Origin: an uncultured delta proteobacterium
Lineage (GTDB): Bacteria; Desulfobacterota; Binatia; Binatales; Binataceae
Length of the DNA stretch: 64,000 nucleotides
Direction: 5' to 3'
NCBI GenBank assembly: GCA_963724765.1
Contig: CAVRVY010000001.1
Coordinates: 320,001 to 384,000 of the forward strand
Part shown: positions 20,900 through 30,076 of the stretch, piece by piece
How positions within the stretch are numbered: position 1 is the first letter of the stretch
Layout: every line of letters begins with the position of its first letter
Notes under the pieces: model-generated
Told to the model about the DNA's origin: nothing
What the model saw: the letters and a program-made list of their open reading frames with translations, nothing else
Database searches by the model: none
Program-made: the position numbers and the translations under genes

Positions 20900-22162
20900 T
20901 TGCTGAGCGACCCAAAGAGCAGGGTGGTCCTCGCCTATTGCCTCGTCGCTTGCATATGGGTGCTCGTTTCCGAATTCCTCCTGCCGGCGCCCTACTCGCT
21001 GATAAACCGCCTCGTATTCGTCATGGTAACCGGAGCCGTGATGGCCTTGTTGCGTTGGCGTGGGCGGTCTGAAGTTCGCCAATACGCCGCGCAGCTACGA
21101 GAAAGCGATGTAATAGGGGGCGTCTATTTCGAGTCTGCCGGGCAAGGGATTCTGGTGGCGGCGGCCGACGGGAGGATACTACGCGCCAACGCCACCCTTG
21201 AGCAGATGTTTGGTTATGGGCACGGGGAACTCGAAGGGCGGCCGGTCGAAATCCTGGTGCCTAACCGCGTGCAAGCCAAGCACACGGCGAATCGCGAGAA
21301 CTACTTGAAGGCTCCGCGTTCGCGTCCGATGGGGATCGGGCTGGACCTTGCGGGACGGCGCAAGGATGGAAGCGAATTCCCGCTCGAGATCAGCCTCAAC
21401 TACGTCGCTCCAGAGCCCGGCAATCAGCTGGTCGTCTGCTTTGTCACGAATATCAGCGAACGCTTGGCGTTCGAGCGTCAGACAAGACAGGCCGAGACGC
21501 TGAACGCGCTCGGCGCTATCGCTGCCGGTATCGCTCATGACCTCAACAATCCATTGGCGATTATCTCCTCGCGCTCCGAACTGATGCTTTCGCTTGTGGA
21601 CACTGGAAACCCTGATCTGCGTCAGGACCTCGAAGTCCTGCGGCGCAACGCTGAGCGAGCGAGCCGCATCGCGACCGGCCTGTTGACGCTGGCGGCCCAG
21701 CGCTCCATCGAGCGTCAAGCCGTGAGCATCAATGATTTGGTCGAAGCGACCGTTCTTTTGATCGGCGGAGAATTTCGCAGATCCAATATCGAGGTCATCA
21801 CTTCGCTCGACCGCGATCTTCCAGCAGTTTTGGGCGATTCGACGGCGCTGCAGCGCGTGCTGATGAATCTGGTGATGAACGCGCGCGATGCGATGCCTTT
21901 GGGGGGCGAAATCCGCATTGTAAGCAGGCCCGCGCCGGACCAGGCCAGGATGCTGCAATTGTCCGTATCCGACACCGGCACCGGTATCCCCGCCGAGGTA
22001 TTACCCAAGCTGTTCGCCATCTTTTTCACCACCAAGGCGAGCGGAACGGGATTGGGGCTGTGGCTGGCGCATCGCACACTTCGCGAACATGGCGGCAAAA
22101 TTGAAGTCGAATCAGAACCGGGAAGGGGAACTAAATTTACTTTGACGCTACCGACGATGTAG
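20900..22162 (+). CDS. Membrane PAS sensor histidine kinase (NtrB/FixL-like)
   Basis: Two TM helices; PAS (FGY...RPMGIGLDLAGRRKDGSEFP); AHDLNNP, NARDA, DTGTG and GTGLGL. TTG start follows AAGGA. Confidence 0.9.
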   Translation: MLSDPKSRVVLAYCLVACIWVLVSEFLLPAPYSLINRLVFVMVTGAVMALLRWRGRSEVRQYAAQLRESDVIGGVYFESAGQGILVAAADGRILRANATLEQMFGYGHGELEGRPVEILVPNRVQAKHTANRENYLKAPRSRPMGIGLDLAGRRKDGSEFPLEISLNYVAPEPGNQLVVCFVTNISERLAFERQTRQAETLNALGAIAAGIAHDLNNPLAIISSRSELMLSLVDTGNPDLRQDLEVLRRNAERASRIATGLLTLAAQRSIERQAVSINDLVEATVLLIGGEFRRSNIEVITSLDRDLPAVLGDSTALQRVLMNLVMNARDAMPLGGEIRIVSRPAPDQARMLQLSVSDTGTGIPAEVLPKLFAIFFTTKASGTGLGLWLAHRTLREHGGKIEVESEPGRGTKFTLTLPTM

Positions 22163-22170
22163 TCAGATGC

Positions 22171-22257
22171 CATGTTCTGATACCCATGTTTCTGATACCC
22201 ATGTTTCTGATACTCATGTTTCTGATACTCATGTTCTGATAGCCATGATCTGATTCC
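22171..22257. repeat. Intergenic tandem repeat, 6 units of 14-15 bp (CATGTTTCTGATACY)
   Basis: Units start at 22171, 22185, 22200, 22215, 22230 and 22244 (the last is degenerate). Confidence 0.9.
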
Positions 22258-22262
22258 TTGGA

Positions 22263-22277
22263 TGGCATGCAGCTTGC
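22263..22277 (+). promoter_or_regulatory. Sigma54 -24/-12 promoter
   Basis: TGGCATGCAGCTTGC, near consensus, 24 bp before the response-regulator ATG. Confidence 0.75.
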
Positions 22278-22301
22278 TTTCCTGGGAAACGGGGCGAACG
22301 G

Positions 22302-22679
22302 ATGAGTTCTGAAGCCATCTTGATTGTCGACGACGAGACGGAGATGGCCGATACCTGCGCCAGGGTCCTGCGAGCCTTCGGCTTCAAATGTCTGGTGGCG
22401 TACGACAGCGCAAAGGCGTTCGCGCTGATCGATTCGGAAGGGCCTGCGCTGATCGTCTCGGACATCACCCTGCTCACCAGCGACGGGCTTGAAATAGTCC
22501 GATACGCTCATCAAAAGTCTCCCGAAATTCCGGTCGTCCTGATGACTGCATACCACACGCCGGATATAGCCCGTATCGCGCGCGCGGCTGGCGCCGCGGC
22601 CTACCTGCGCAAACCCTTTCCCAACGCTGAGTTGATTGCGACCGTGAAGTCGTTGCTCGACGGAGACGGCAAGGACTGA
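22302..22679 (+). CDS. Stand-alone response regulator (REC only)
   Basis: ILIVDDE, LIVSD, MTAY and YLRKPF. Confidence 0.9.
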   Translation: MSSEAILIVDDETEMADTCARVLRAFGFKCLVAYDSAKAFALIDSEGPALIVSDITLLTSDGLEIVRYAHQKSPEIPVVLMTAYHTPDIARIARAAGAAAYLRKPFPNAELIATVKSLLDGDGKD

Positions 22680-22761
22680 AAACGCTCCGACCGCGCGGCT
22701 CCTGAACTGACCATTCGAGCGACAAGTTTTTACCGAATACTCTGTCAGGCCGGCAAACCGA

Positions 22762-22850
22762 TTAGCGGATGCTGTGCTTGTTGAGCAGGCGATGCAGCGT
22801 CTTGCGGTCGACGCCCGCCTTGCGCGCGCCGCCTGCGATACGTTGCCACG
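22762..22850 (-). pseudogene. Frameshifted Fis-type HTH relic of an NtrC-family regulator
   Basis: Hand translation gives RGNVSQA / ARKAGVDRKTLHRLLNKHSIR* with a 2-nt insertion; no upstream domains. Confidence 0.7.
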
Positions 22851-22927
22851 TATGCGGCTTCGAGCTCGCCGCCGGCGTGGATTATCAAGTCAGGTCGCCC
22901 GCGAGCGTTAGCCATCGCGTTGCGCGG

Positions 22928-23221
22928 TCAGGACCCTTCTTCCTCTGATCTCTGGACTTCAGTAATGACCAGTGCGTCAACCTCGGGCTGTTCGCGCCCG
23001 CCCATCAGGTCGCGCAGATCGTCCGCGATCTGGCGCAGTTGCGTCGCGATTGCCGCCAGATCGGCGATTGCCTCGGCAATCGCGTAGATGGCGGCCGGCT
23101 TCCTGGCCGCAGAGGCCTTTCGCATGGCGGACAGCGCCTGGTTCATCTTCGCGCCCCGCTTTTCGGCCTTTACCGGGCTCTTTTTCGCCACCCGCTTCGT
23201 TTTTGGTTTTGGCTTTTTCAT
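22928..23221 (-). CDS. Small protein with Lys-rich N-terminus and coiled coil
   Basis: GGGAGA RBS; MKKPKPKTKRVAKKS...; last gene of the CBS operon. Confidence 0.6.
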   Translation of the reverse strand: MKKPKPKTKRVAKKSPVKAEKRGAKMNQALSAMRKASAARKPAAIYAIAEAIADLAAIATQLRQIADDLRDLMGGREQPEVDALVITEVQRSEEEGS

Positions 23222-23246
23222 AATTGATTCTCCCTTACGACGGCGG

Positions 23247-23849
23247 TCAGTGGCCCTTGCGGGTTTGCCCGGCCTTTTTTTCTTTCGGTTTTCGCCGCTC
23301 GAATTCCCAGGTGGCGAAAAGCGTCCCGTCATCGCTCCAATTGTAAGAGGTCCGTCCGCCGAAGACTTTCTTCAGCTCGTGCGCGATGCGGTGCGTCAGT
23401 TTTTGCGAGGTCGTCAGCACCTCGAGCGCCTTTTCGTCCTTGGAATCGATCGTATCGATCGAAACTATCCGCCGCTCCGGCTGAGTCGCCATAGCTCGGC
23501 GGGCGACGTTCTCGATACGGCTGCGGATGACGGCGCGGTTGGAGGCCAAACCGGATCCGCGAATGATTAGCCGCCCCTGGCCTTCCTGTTGGCTTACCTC
23601 ATCGCAGGCCGGACAGAATCCCCATTGCCGCCGCTCCAGCAGCTCATCGGTCAATTTATGATCGTGGCGCCAGGTCTTGTGCAGAAACACGGCGCCGCAT
23701 CGCGCGCAGACAGTGGGCTCCTTCGGTTGAGCCGTCTTGCGCACGACCTGGGGGCTCTTGTCGTCGCGGACTAAGCTTCGATTGAGGCTCCTGATCAGCC
23801 CGCGGGATTTCCTGGTGAGATTGCCAGGTGTCAAGTTTGAGTTTCGCAT
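23247..23849 (-). CDS. BCAM0308-family protein (NMD3-like, two CxxC)
   Basis: EPTVCARCGAVF, CPACD and TTSQKLTHRIAHEL. Confidence 0.8.
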   Translation of the reverse strand: MRNSNLTPGNLTRKSRGLIRSLNRSLVRDDKSPQVVRKTAQPKEPTVCARCGAVFLHKTWRHDHKLTDELLERRQWGFCPACDEVSQQEGQGRLIIRGSGLASNRAVIRSRIENVARRAMATQPERRIVSIDTIDSKDEKALEVLTTSQKLTHRIAHELKKVFGGRTSYNWSDDGTLFATWEFERRKPKEKKAGQTRKGH

Positions 23850-23939
23850 AAGTGCGGCTCATCCTCCGGATTGCGGTGCAATTACGGACGAACCACGCCG
23901 CCCGGCCATCGTCGAGCGGGGTGGCGGCCGTTTTCGGTT

Positions 23940-24437
23940 TCACGCGGCCTTTTTGGGACCATCGTCCTTCTTGGTCTCGTGGCCTTCGACCTCGATCTTG
24001 ACCTCTTTGGACGCCGCCTCCTTGGGCATCGTAGCAGTCAACTCGAGGATGCCGTCACGGTAGGTGGCCTTGAGGTCTTCGGCTTTTATTCCCTCCGGCA
24101 AGGACATCGACCGCTCGAACGATCCGTAGCGAATCTCGCGGCGATAGAAATCATTCTTCTTAGTTTCGGTCTGCTGCTCGCGCGAGCCTTTCACGCTAAG
24201 GATTCCGCCGGTGACCTTGATATCGACCTTCTTCGGATCGATGCCAGGCAGTTCCATCCGAACGGTGAACTTGTCGCTGTCGACGTAAGATTCGATCGCC
24301 GGTCGAAGCGTCGAAAACGACTCCCAATCTTTTAGGAATCCTCCGCGCTCGAGGCCGAATTTTTCGAGCAGGTCTTCGACCTCGTGACGAAACCGTTCCA
24401 GATCTCGAGATGGATTCCATCTCTCCAGCAATGACAC
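23940..24437 (-). CDS. Hsp20/alpha-crystallin small heat-shock protein
   Basis: MELPGID, EIRYGSFERS and ATYRDGILEL; AGGAGG RBS. Confidence 0.93.
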   Translation of the reverse strand: MSLLERWNPSRDLERFRHEVEDLLEKFGLERGGFLKDWESFSTLRPAIESYVDSDKFTVRMELPGIDPKKVDIKVTGGILSVKGSREQQTETKKNDFYRREIRYGSFERSMSLPEGIKAEDLKATYRDGILELTATMPKEAASKEVKIEVEGHETKKDDGPKKAA

Positions 24438-24501
24438 GATCCTTACCTCCTTTCTCTCGGTGGTCTTGTTTTATCCGCGTCCACGTCCATGAGATCTGCC
24501 C

Positions 24502-25812
24502 TCACAGGTAGCCAAGCTCTGTGCCCCTTTGGCGAAGGTGATCCCTGAACTTTGGATGCGCGATCGCGATAAGCGCTTGCGCCCTTTGCGGGCTGGATTT
24601 GCCGCGCATGTTGGCTACGCCGTACTCGGTAACGATGTATTGGGTATCGGCGCGCGGATCGGTAGCCGGTCCTTCGATCTGCGGCACGATGCGCGAAACT
24701 GTGCCGCCCGCGGCGGTCGAATAGGCCGCCAGAATCGATTTGCCTTCCCTGGAGAGCTGCGCGCCCCGTACAAAATCCAACTGTCCTCCCGGAGCACTGT
24801 ACTGCCTGCCGTTCACGGTTTCCGAATTGATCTCACCGTCCAGGCTGACCTGCAGGAAGGCATTTATGGAAACCACGCGGTCATTGCGGCCGATGACGTA
24901 AGGATCATTTACGTAGTCGACCGGATATACTTCCATGCTCGAATTGTCATGCAGGAACTCGTAGAGCGTCGCATTGCCTGCCGCCAGCGTATAGACGTTC
25001 TTGTACCTGTTGATATTCTTGTACTTGTTGGTTACCGCACCTGACTGTATAAGTGCGGCCACCGGCGACGTCATCAGTTCCGTGTGGAGACCGAGGTCCT
25101 TGTGGTTCGTCAGTGCGCTGCATACGGCGTTCGGCACGCCGCCGACGCCGATCTGCAAAGTGGCGCGGTCAGGAACCAGCTCGACGATGTGTTTGCTGAT
25201 GGTGCGATCGAGCTCAGTGACCGGGCGAACCGGCAATTCGGTCAGCACGCTTTCATGCTCGACGATCGCGGCCACTTCAGAGATGTGCACCGATGAATCG
25301 CCGAATACACGCGGCATCCGCGGATTCACCTCGACGATCAGCCGCCTGGCGTTGCGTGCGGTCGGAATCGTGTAGTCACCGTTAGTGCCGCAACTGAAGA
25401 ATCCGCCCTTGTCCATCGGCGCGACCATCACCACGAAGGCGTCGATCCCGATCTCGGCCAGAATCCGGGGCATGCCGCTGAAATTGCCCGGCATATAGAA
25501 CAAGACCTGGCGGTTTTCCTCGAGGCCGCGCCGCGCCAGCTCTCTTTCAACAACGGTCGGAAAAAAGGGATGCGGCTTGATGACGTCCATGTATTCATAC
25601 TTCAGGATCGTCATCATCGCGGCCGGCGCGGAATGTGAATAATAGACTCGCAGATTTTCGATCTCGCTCGCTTTGATCCGGCTCTCCAGCGCCTGCAATA
25701 GCGCCGGCGGTTCACTGATCGCCATCCCCATCGACAGCGTGCCGCGCGCGGGTACGAGCCGCACTGCCGCCTCGGCCGTCATCAGTTTCGATTTGTATTC
25801 CGCCTCGTACAA
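24502..25812 (-). CDS. Acetyl-CoA hydrolase/4-hydroxybutyrate CoA-transferase family protein
   Basis: EVNPRMP, TLQIGVG, GLHTE, GGQLDFVRGA, VTEYG and IAHPKFR. Confidence 0.9.
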   Translation of the reverse strand: MYEAEYKSKLMTAEAAVRLVPARGTLSMGMAISEPPALLQALESRIKASEIENLRVYYSHSAPAAMMTILKYEYMDVIKPHPFFPTVVERELARRGLEENRQVLFYMPGNFSGMPRILAEIGIDAFVVMVAPMDKGGFFSCGTNGDYTIPTARNARRLIVEVNPRMPRVFGDSSVHISEVAAIVEHESVLTELPVRPVTELDRTISKHIVELVPDRATLQIGVGGVPNAVCSALTNHKDLGLHTELMTSPVAALIQSGAVTNKYKNINRYKNVYTLAAGNATLYEFLHDNSSMEVYPVDYVNDPYVIGRNDRVVSINAFLQVSLDGEINSETVNGRQYSAPGGQLDFVRGAQLSREGKSILAAYSTAAGGTVSRIVPQIEGPATDPRADTQYIVTEYGVANMRGKSSPQRAQALIAIAHPKFRDHLRQRGTELGYL

Positions 25813-25836
25813 AAGTCCGCCTCTTCGGATGCTCGC

Positions 25837-26445
25837 TTACAGATGGATCGAAAGCACCTTGTAATTCTTCTCGGTCAGCAGCCGGGCGACGCGATTAGCG
25901 TCGGCGGAGCGCAGGCGCAGGTAAACCACCTTGCGGCTGCCCTCCTTCCTCTCGTCCTGATAGGCGCCCGTTCCAAGAATTTCGCCGTTCTGCTGAGCCA
26001 CCAGTTGCACGACCATCGCAAGTTCCGAGGAATCTCCATCGAGCGACAGATCGATGCGTGCGACCCCCTCCTGAGTGGTGCCCAGGACCTCGGCAAACGC
26101 CCGCAGCAGGTCCGTAGCGGTGATGATGCCGACGACCTTGCCTCGGTCGACTACTGGCATTCCGCCGATCCTATGCTTGACCAGCAGATTGGCTGCTTCT
26201 TCGAGCATAGTCGTGGGAGTGACGCTCACCACCCGCTTGGTCATGGCGCCATTGACTTTCACGTCCTCGAGCGATCCGATGTGCTGGCGCAGGTCGCGGT
26301 CGCTGACGATCCCGACCAGCTTGCCGCCATCCACGACCGGTACGCGATGGAAATTTCCCTCGTCCATTTTCCGCCGAACGCTCGCAAGTCTTTCTTTTGA
26401 TTCGGCAACGGCCGGGTTTTTGGTCATCCAACGGGCTACGTCCAT
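25837..26445 (-). CDS. CBS-pair protein with ACT-like C-terminus (AcuB-like)
   Basis: VARWMTKNP, LVGIVSDRDL and VVGIITATDL; GAGGA RBS. Confidence 0.88.
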   Translation of the reverse strand: MDVARWMTKNPAVAESKERLASVRRKMDEGNFHRVPVVDGGKLVGIVSDRDLRQHIGSLEDVKVNGAMTKRVVSVTPTTMLEEAANLLVKHRIGGMPVVDRGKVVGIITATDLLRAFAEVLGTTQEGVARIDLSLDGDSSELAMVVQLVAQQNGEILGTGAYQDERKEGSRKVVYLRLRSADANRVARLLTEKNYKVLSIHL

Positions 26446-26491
26446 GTATCTCTTCCTCTGGAATAAAGGCGTTTCTTCGCCATCGGACGGA

Positions 26492-26506
26492 GCATAACGC
26501 ATGCCA
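26492..26506 (-). promoter_or_regulatory. Sigma54 -24/-12 promoter of the CBS-CoA transferase-Hsp20 operon
   Basis: Minus strand reads TGGCATGCGTTATGC. Confidence 0.7.
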
Positions 26507-26839
26507 CCGGAAAGCCATGGAAAGCATTTGCGGGTGCGCGAAGCTGGCTGTGCCGAACAGATGCATCGATGGCGAAATGTGATTCCACAGGGAGCACCGC
26601 GACACGACCTTTGCGCAGAGATGGGTTTTTTCTGAAGCAGACCCACCGGCCCGTGAGCAAGTCTCGCGCGTCGCCCGCGGACCGGTCGCATCCTCCCGCC
26701 GGTCGGATTCCTCGCGAAGGATGCGCCTAATGTTGTGCGCTATCTATAGCGGTGGCCGTCCGAAATAGTAGTGGCGCGTCCGAAAATGTCCACGCCATAA
26801 TTGCCGGGCGATAATTGCGGGGCGAAGGCAACCTGCCGA

Positions 26840-29374
26840 ATGAGCGCACCACCGTTCTGGAACGAGACTACAGCCGCGCTGACTGAGGCGCTGGGCAGCG
26901 GGCCTGCCGGTCTCACGCCTGACGAGGCCAATCGCCGTCGGTCGGTTTACGGCCCGAACGACGCCGCCGCACCGAAACGCCGATCGCCCTGGCTGAGCTT
27001 CCTTGCCCGCTTCGCCAATCCGCTGGTGCTCATCCTGTTATTCGCCAGTGTCCTGTCCGCCGTCACCGGAGATGTCGACAGCTTCATCACGGTCGTGACG
27101 ATCATAATGCTCAGCGTGCTGATGGATTTTGTTCAGGAGATGCGCGCCCAGAGTGCCGTCGACGCCTTGCAAGCAAAGGTGGCGCTGCGCGCCTGCGCCG
27201 TCCGCGGAGGCCAGGAGGTCACGGTCCTGGTGATCGAACTGGTGCCGGGCGACGTGGTGAAATTGTCCGCAGGCGACCTTGTGCCGGCGGATGGACGATT
27301 GCTGGCCGCGCGTGATTTCTATGTGAACGAGGCGCTGCTGACGGGCGAATCCTACCCGGTGGAGAAGCGCGCCGTCGAGGCGCCCAGGTCAGTCGCAGAC
27401 CTGGTCGTGGCCGAAGGCGCCGCCCTGGCCGGCACTTCCGTGGTCAGTGGCATTGCGACCTTGCTGATCTGCGCGACCGGGCGGCAGACGGCGCTCGGCA
27501 GGCTGGCTGACACGCTGATCGCGAAACCACCGCCGACCGCGTTCCAGATCGGACTGCATCGGTTCAGCATGCTGATGCTGCGCATCACCATGCTGCTGGT
27601 GCTGTTCGTGCTGACCGAGAGCATCTGGTTTCGTCGCGGCTGGCTGGAATCACTGATGTTCGCGGCGGCCCTGGCTGTGGGACTGACGCCCGAGCTGCTG
27701 CCGATGATCGTGACCATCACGCTCGCGCGCGGCGCGGTGCGGATGGCGCGTCAGCGGGTGATCGTCAAGCGCCTGGCGGCAATCCATAACCTTGGCGCGA
27801 TAGAGGTGTTGTGCACGGACAAGACCGGCACTCTCACCGAGGCGCGCATGCGGCTGGTGCGCGCAGTCGATCCCGCGGGCGCCGAAAGCCAGCGCGTATT
27901 CGAGCTTGCCTGGCTCAATAGTCACTTTGAAACCGGTCTGAAGAGTCCGTTGGATGAAGCTATCATTGACCGTGGCAGCGTGGACGCGAGCGCCTGGCGC
28001 AAGCTCGACGAGGTGCCCTTTGACTTCGAGCGCCGGCGGGTTTCGGTACTGATCGAGAAGGACCGGGAGCGGCTGGTGATCGTCAAGGGCGCGCCGGAGG
28101 ATGTCCTGCGCTTGTGCAGCGCGGTCGAGCAGCCGGATGGCACTTCGAGGCCGCTAGCGGAGGCGCAGCGCGCGGAACTGATGGCGAGCTTTGAGCGCAT
28201 CGGCGAGGAAGGCTGCCGAGCGCTGGGCGTGGCTTATAGCCGCGTGGGCCCGAATCACGCGACGGCCGAGGTCGCTGACGAGACGGAACTCGTTTTCGCC
28301 GGCTTCGTGGTCTTTCTGGATCCGCCCAAAGCGTCCGCGGCCACCGCGATCCGCGCCATGGCGAACGACGGCGTCGCCGTCAAGATCCTCACCGGTGACA
28401 ACGAGCGGGTGGCCACCCATTTGTGCGCCCAGCTCGGAATCGAGCTGCTGGGCGTCGTGACCGGCGATGAATTGTCGGCGCTCAGCGACGAGGCTCTGTT
28501 GGCCCGCCTGCACCGGGTAAACTTGTTTTGCCGGGTGACACCCCCGCAGAAGCTGCGTGTGCTGCTGGCGTTGAAGCGTGCGGGACAGGCGGTGGGCTTC
28601 CTTGGCGATGGGATCAACGACGCGCCGGCGCTCCATGCCGCGGATGTCGGCATTTCGGTCGAGAGCGCCGCCGACGTGGCCAAGGCGGCAGCCGAGATTG
28701 TACTGCTGGAGCGCGACCTCGGCGTCCTGCATGAAGGAGTTATGGAAGGCCGCCGCACGGTCGTCAATGTGGACAAATACGTTCTGATGGCGAGCAGCGC
28801 CAACTTCGGCAACATCGTCAGTATGGCGCTTGCCGGTCTCATCCTGCCCTTCCTCCCGCTGCTGCCGATCCAGGTGCTGCTGACCAATCTGATCTACGAC
28901 GTCGCGCAGACCGCCCTGCCATTCGACCGGGTAGACCGCGAAGCCGTTGCTCAGCCGGTGCGTTGGGACATGCGCCTGGTCGAGCGCTTCATGCTGGTGA
29001 TGGGCCCGATCAGCACGGCGTTCGACATGCTGACGTTCGCCGTGCTGATGCTGCTGTTCCGGGCTACAGAGGAACAGTTCCGCACCGGCTGGTTCATCGA
29101 ATCCCTGGTGACCCAGATCCTGATGATCTTTTCGGTGCGCACCCGCCGCCATCTATTCGCCAGCCGGCCTCACGCGGCCGTCACACTGCTCGCGATCGGA
29201 GCCTCCGCGCTGACCGTGACTCTCCCGTTCCTGCCGATAGGGTCGTGGTTTCAGTTCGTAGGGCCGCCGTGGTCCTATTATCTGTTCCTGACGTTGGTGG
29301 TGGCCGGGTTCTTGATCGCCGTGGAGGCCGTCAAGCGCATCTTCTACACGCACCTGGCCGGCGGACGTGAGTAG
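26840..29374 (+). CDS. mgtA: Mg2+-translocating P-type ATPase
   Basis: LTGES, GLTPELLP, CTDKTGTLT, PFDFERRR, GDGIND and SANFGN. Confidence 0.9.
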   Translation: MSAPPFWNETTAALTEALGSGPAGLTPDEANRRRSVYGPNDAAAPKRRSPWLSFLARFANPLVLILLFASVLSAVTGDVDSFITVVTIIMLSVLMDFVQEMRAQSAVDALQAKVALRACAVRGGQEVTVLVIELVPGDVVKLSAGDLVPADGRLLAARDFYVNEALLTGESYPVEKRAVEAPRSVADLVVAEGAALAGTSVVSGIATLLICATGRQTALGRLADTLIAKPPPTAFQIGLHRFSMLMLRITMLLVLFVLTESIWFRRGWLESLMFAAALAVGLTPELLPMIVTITLARGAVRMARQRVIVKRLAAIHNLGAIEVLCTDKTGTLTEARMRLVRAVDPAGAESQRVFELAWLNSHFETGLKSPLDEAIIDRGSVDASAWRKLDEVPFDFERRRVSVLIEKDRERLVIVKGAPEDVLRLCSAVEQPDGTSRPLAEAQRAELMASFERIGEEGCRALGVAYSRVGPNHATAEVADETELVFAGFVVFLDPPKASAATAIRAMANDGVAVKILTGDNERVATHLCAQLGIELLGVVTGDELSALSDEALLARLHRVNLFCRVTPPQKLRVLLALKRAGQAVGFLGDGINDAPALHAADVGISVESAADVAKAAAEIVLLERDLGVLHEGVMEGRRTVVNVDKYVLMASSANFGNIVSMALAGLILPFLPLLPIQVLLTNLIYDVAQTALPFDRVDREAVAQPVRWDMRLVERFMLVMGPISTAFDMLTFAVLMLLFRATEEQFRTGWFIESLVTQILMIFSVRTRRHLFASRPHAAVTLLAIGASALTVTLPFLPIGSWFQFVGPPWSYYLFLTLVVAGFLIAVEAVKRIFYTHLAGGRE

Positions 29375-29472
29375 CGCGTTGCGTTGGGCCCGATCAGGAT
29401 TCTGGCCGCTGACGGAATTCGGCAGTCGACTGAAGTTTGAGCAGGGCACGCGAGCGCGCGCCAGGCTGCCGT

Positions 29473-29934
29473 CTATTTTTCCTGGATGCTCTTGATGTAA
29501 CTGACCATATTTGAGATCCGCGCCTTTACCTTCGCTTCGCTCTCAGGGGTAAACTCTTTTCCTTCCTGCTGAAGAGTGGTCCCCCAAAAAGGCATATCGA
29601 TGCGTGAATGCGCGGGAATGCCGGCCCGGCCGTCGATTGATTGGTACACGCGCTCCGCCGGAAACACACCCCCATTGTTCCCGCTCAATTTCGTGAGGTC
29701 CGGCGGCTTGACTCCGGGAATGAAATAGAGCGCCTCTCCATGACCCTTGCCGTCTTTGCCATGACAGGAAGCGCAGTTCTGCTCGAAATCCTGCTTGCCC
29801 GTCGTGTCTGCCCGGAGGTTCGTCGCGCCGGCGGCAAATACCAGCATTGCAACAATCCAAACGCTAACTCCACGCCCGAGGAATTCAATCCACCATCGTG
29901 ATCTGCATCTCATATCTTCCACTATCTTCCACAA
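29473..29934 (-). CDS. Monoheme c-type cytochrome; start uncertain
   Basis: Signal peptide, CASCHG, PPDLT and MPFWG distal Met. Confidence 0.88.
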   Translation of the reverse strand: MWKIVEDMRCRSRWWIEFLGRGVSVWIVAMLVFAAGATNLRADTTGKQDFEQNCASCHGKDGKGHGEALYFIPGVKPPDLTKLSGNNGGVFPAERVYQSIDGRAGIPAHSRIDMPFWGTTLQQEGKEFTPESEAKVKARISNMVSYIKSIQEK

Positions 29935-30076
29935 AGGGACCTTCGATCGTGCCTAGGCAGCTTCATGTTCTTGTATCACCCGACATAGCGGGGGCAAAGA
30001 CGCCGCCGGACGGGCACAGCCAGGAAGGTACTTGACGCGATGGTTATATTTACCAGCAAGAGGCCAAAGGCAATTT

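Noticed and set aside
22171-22257. Possible CRISPR array (also considered for 37730-37894)
   Set aside because: The units are contiguous 15-mers with no unique spacers, and no cas genes are present.
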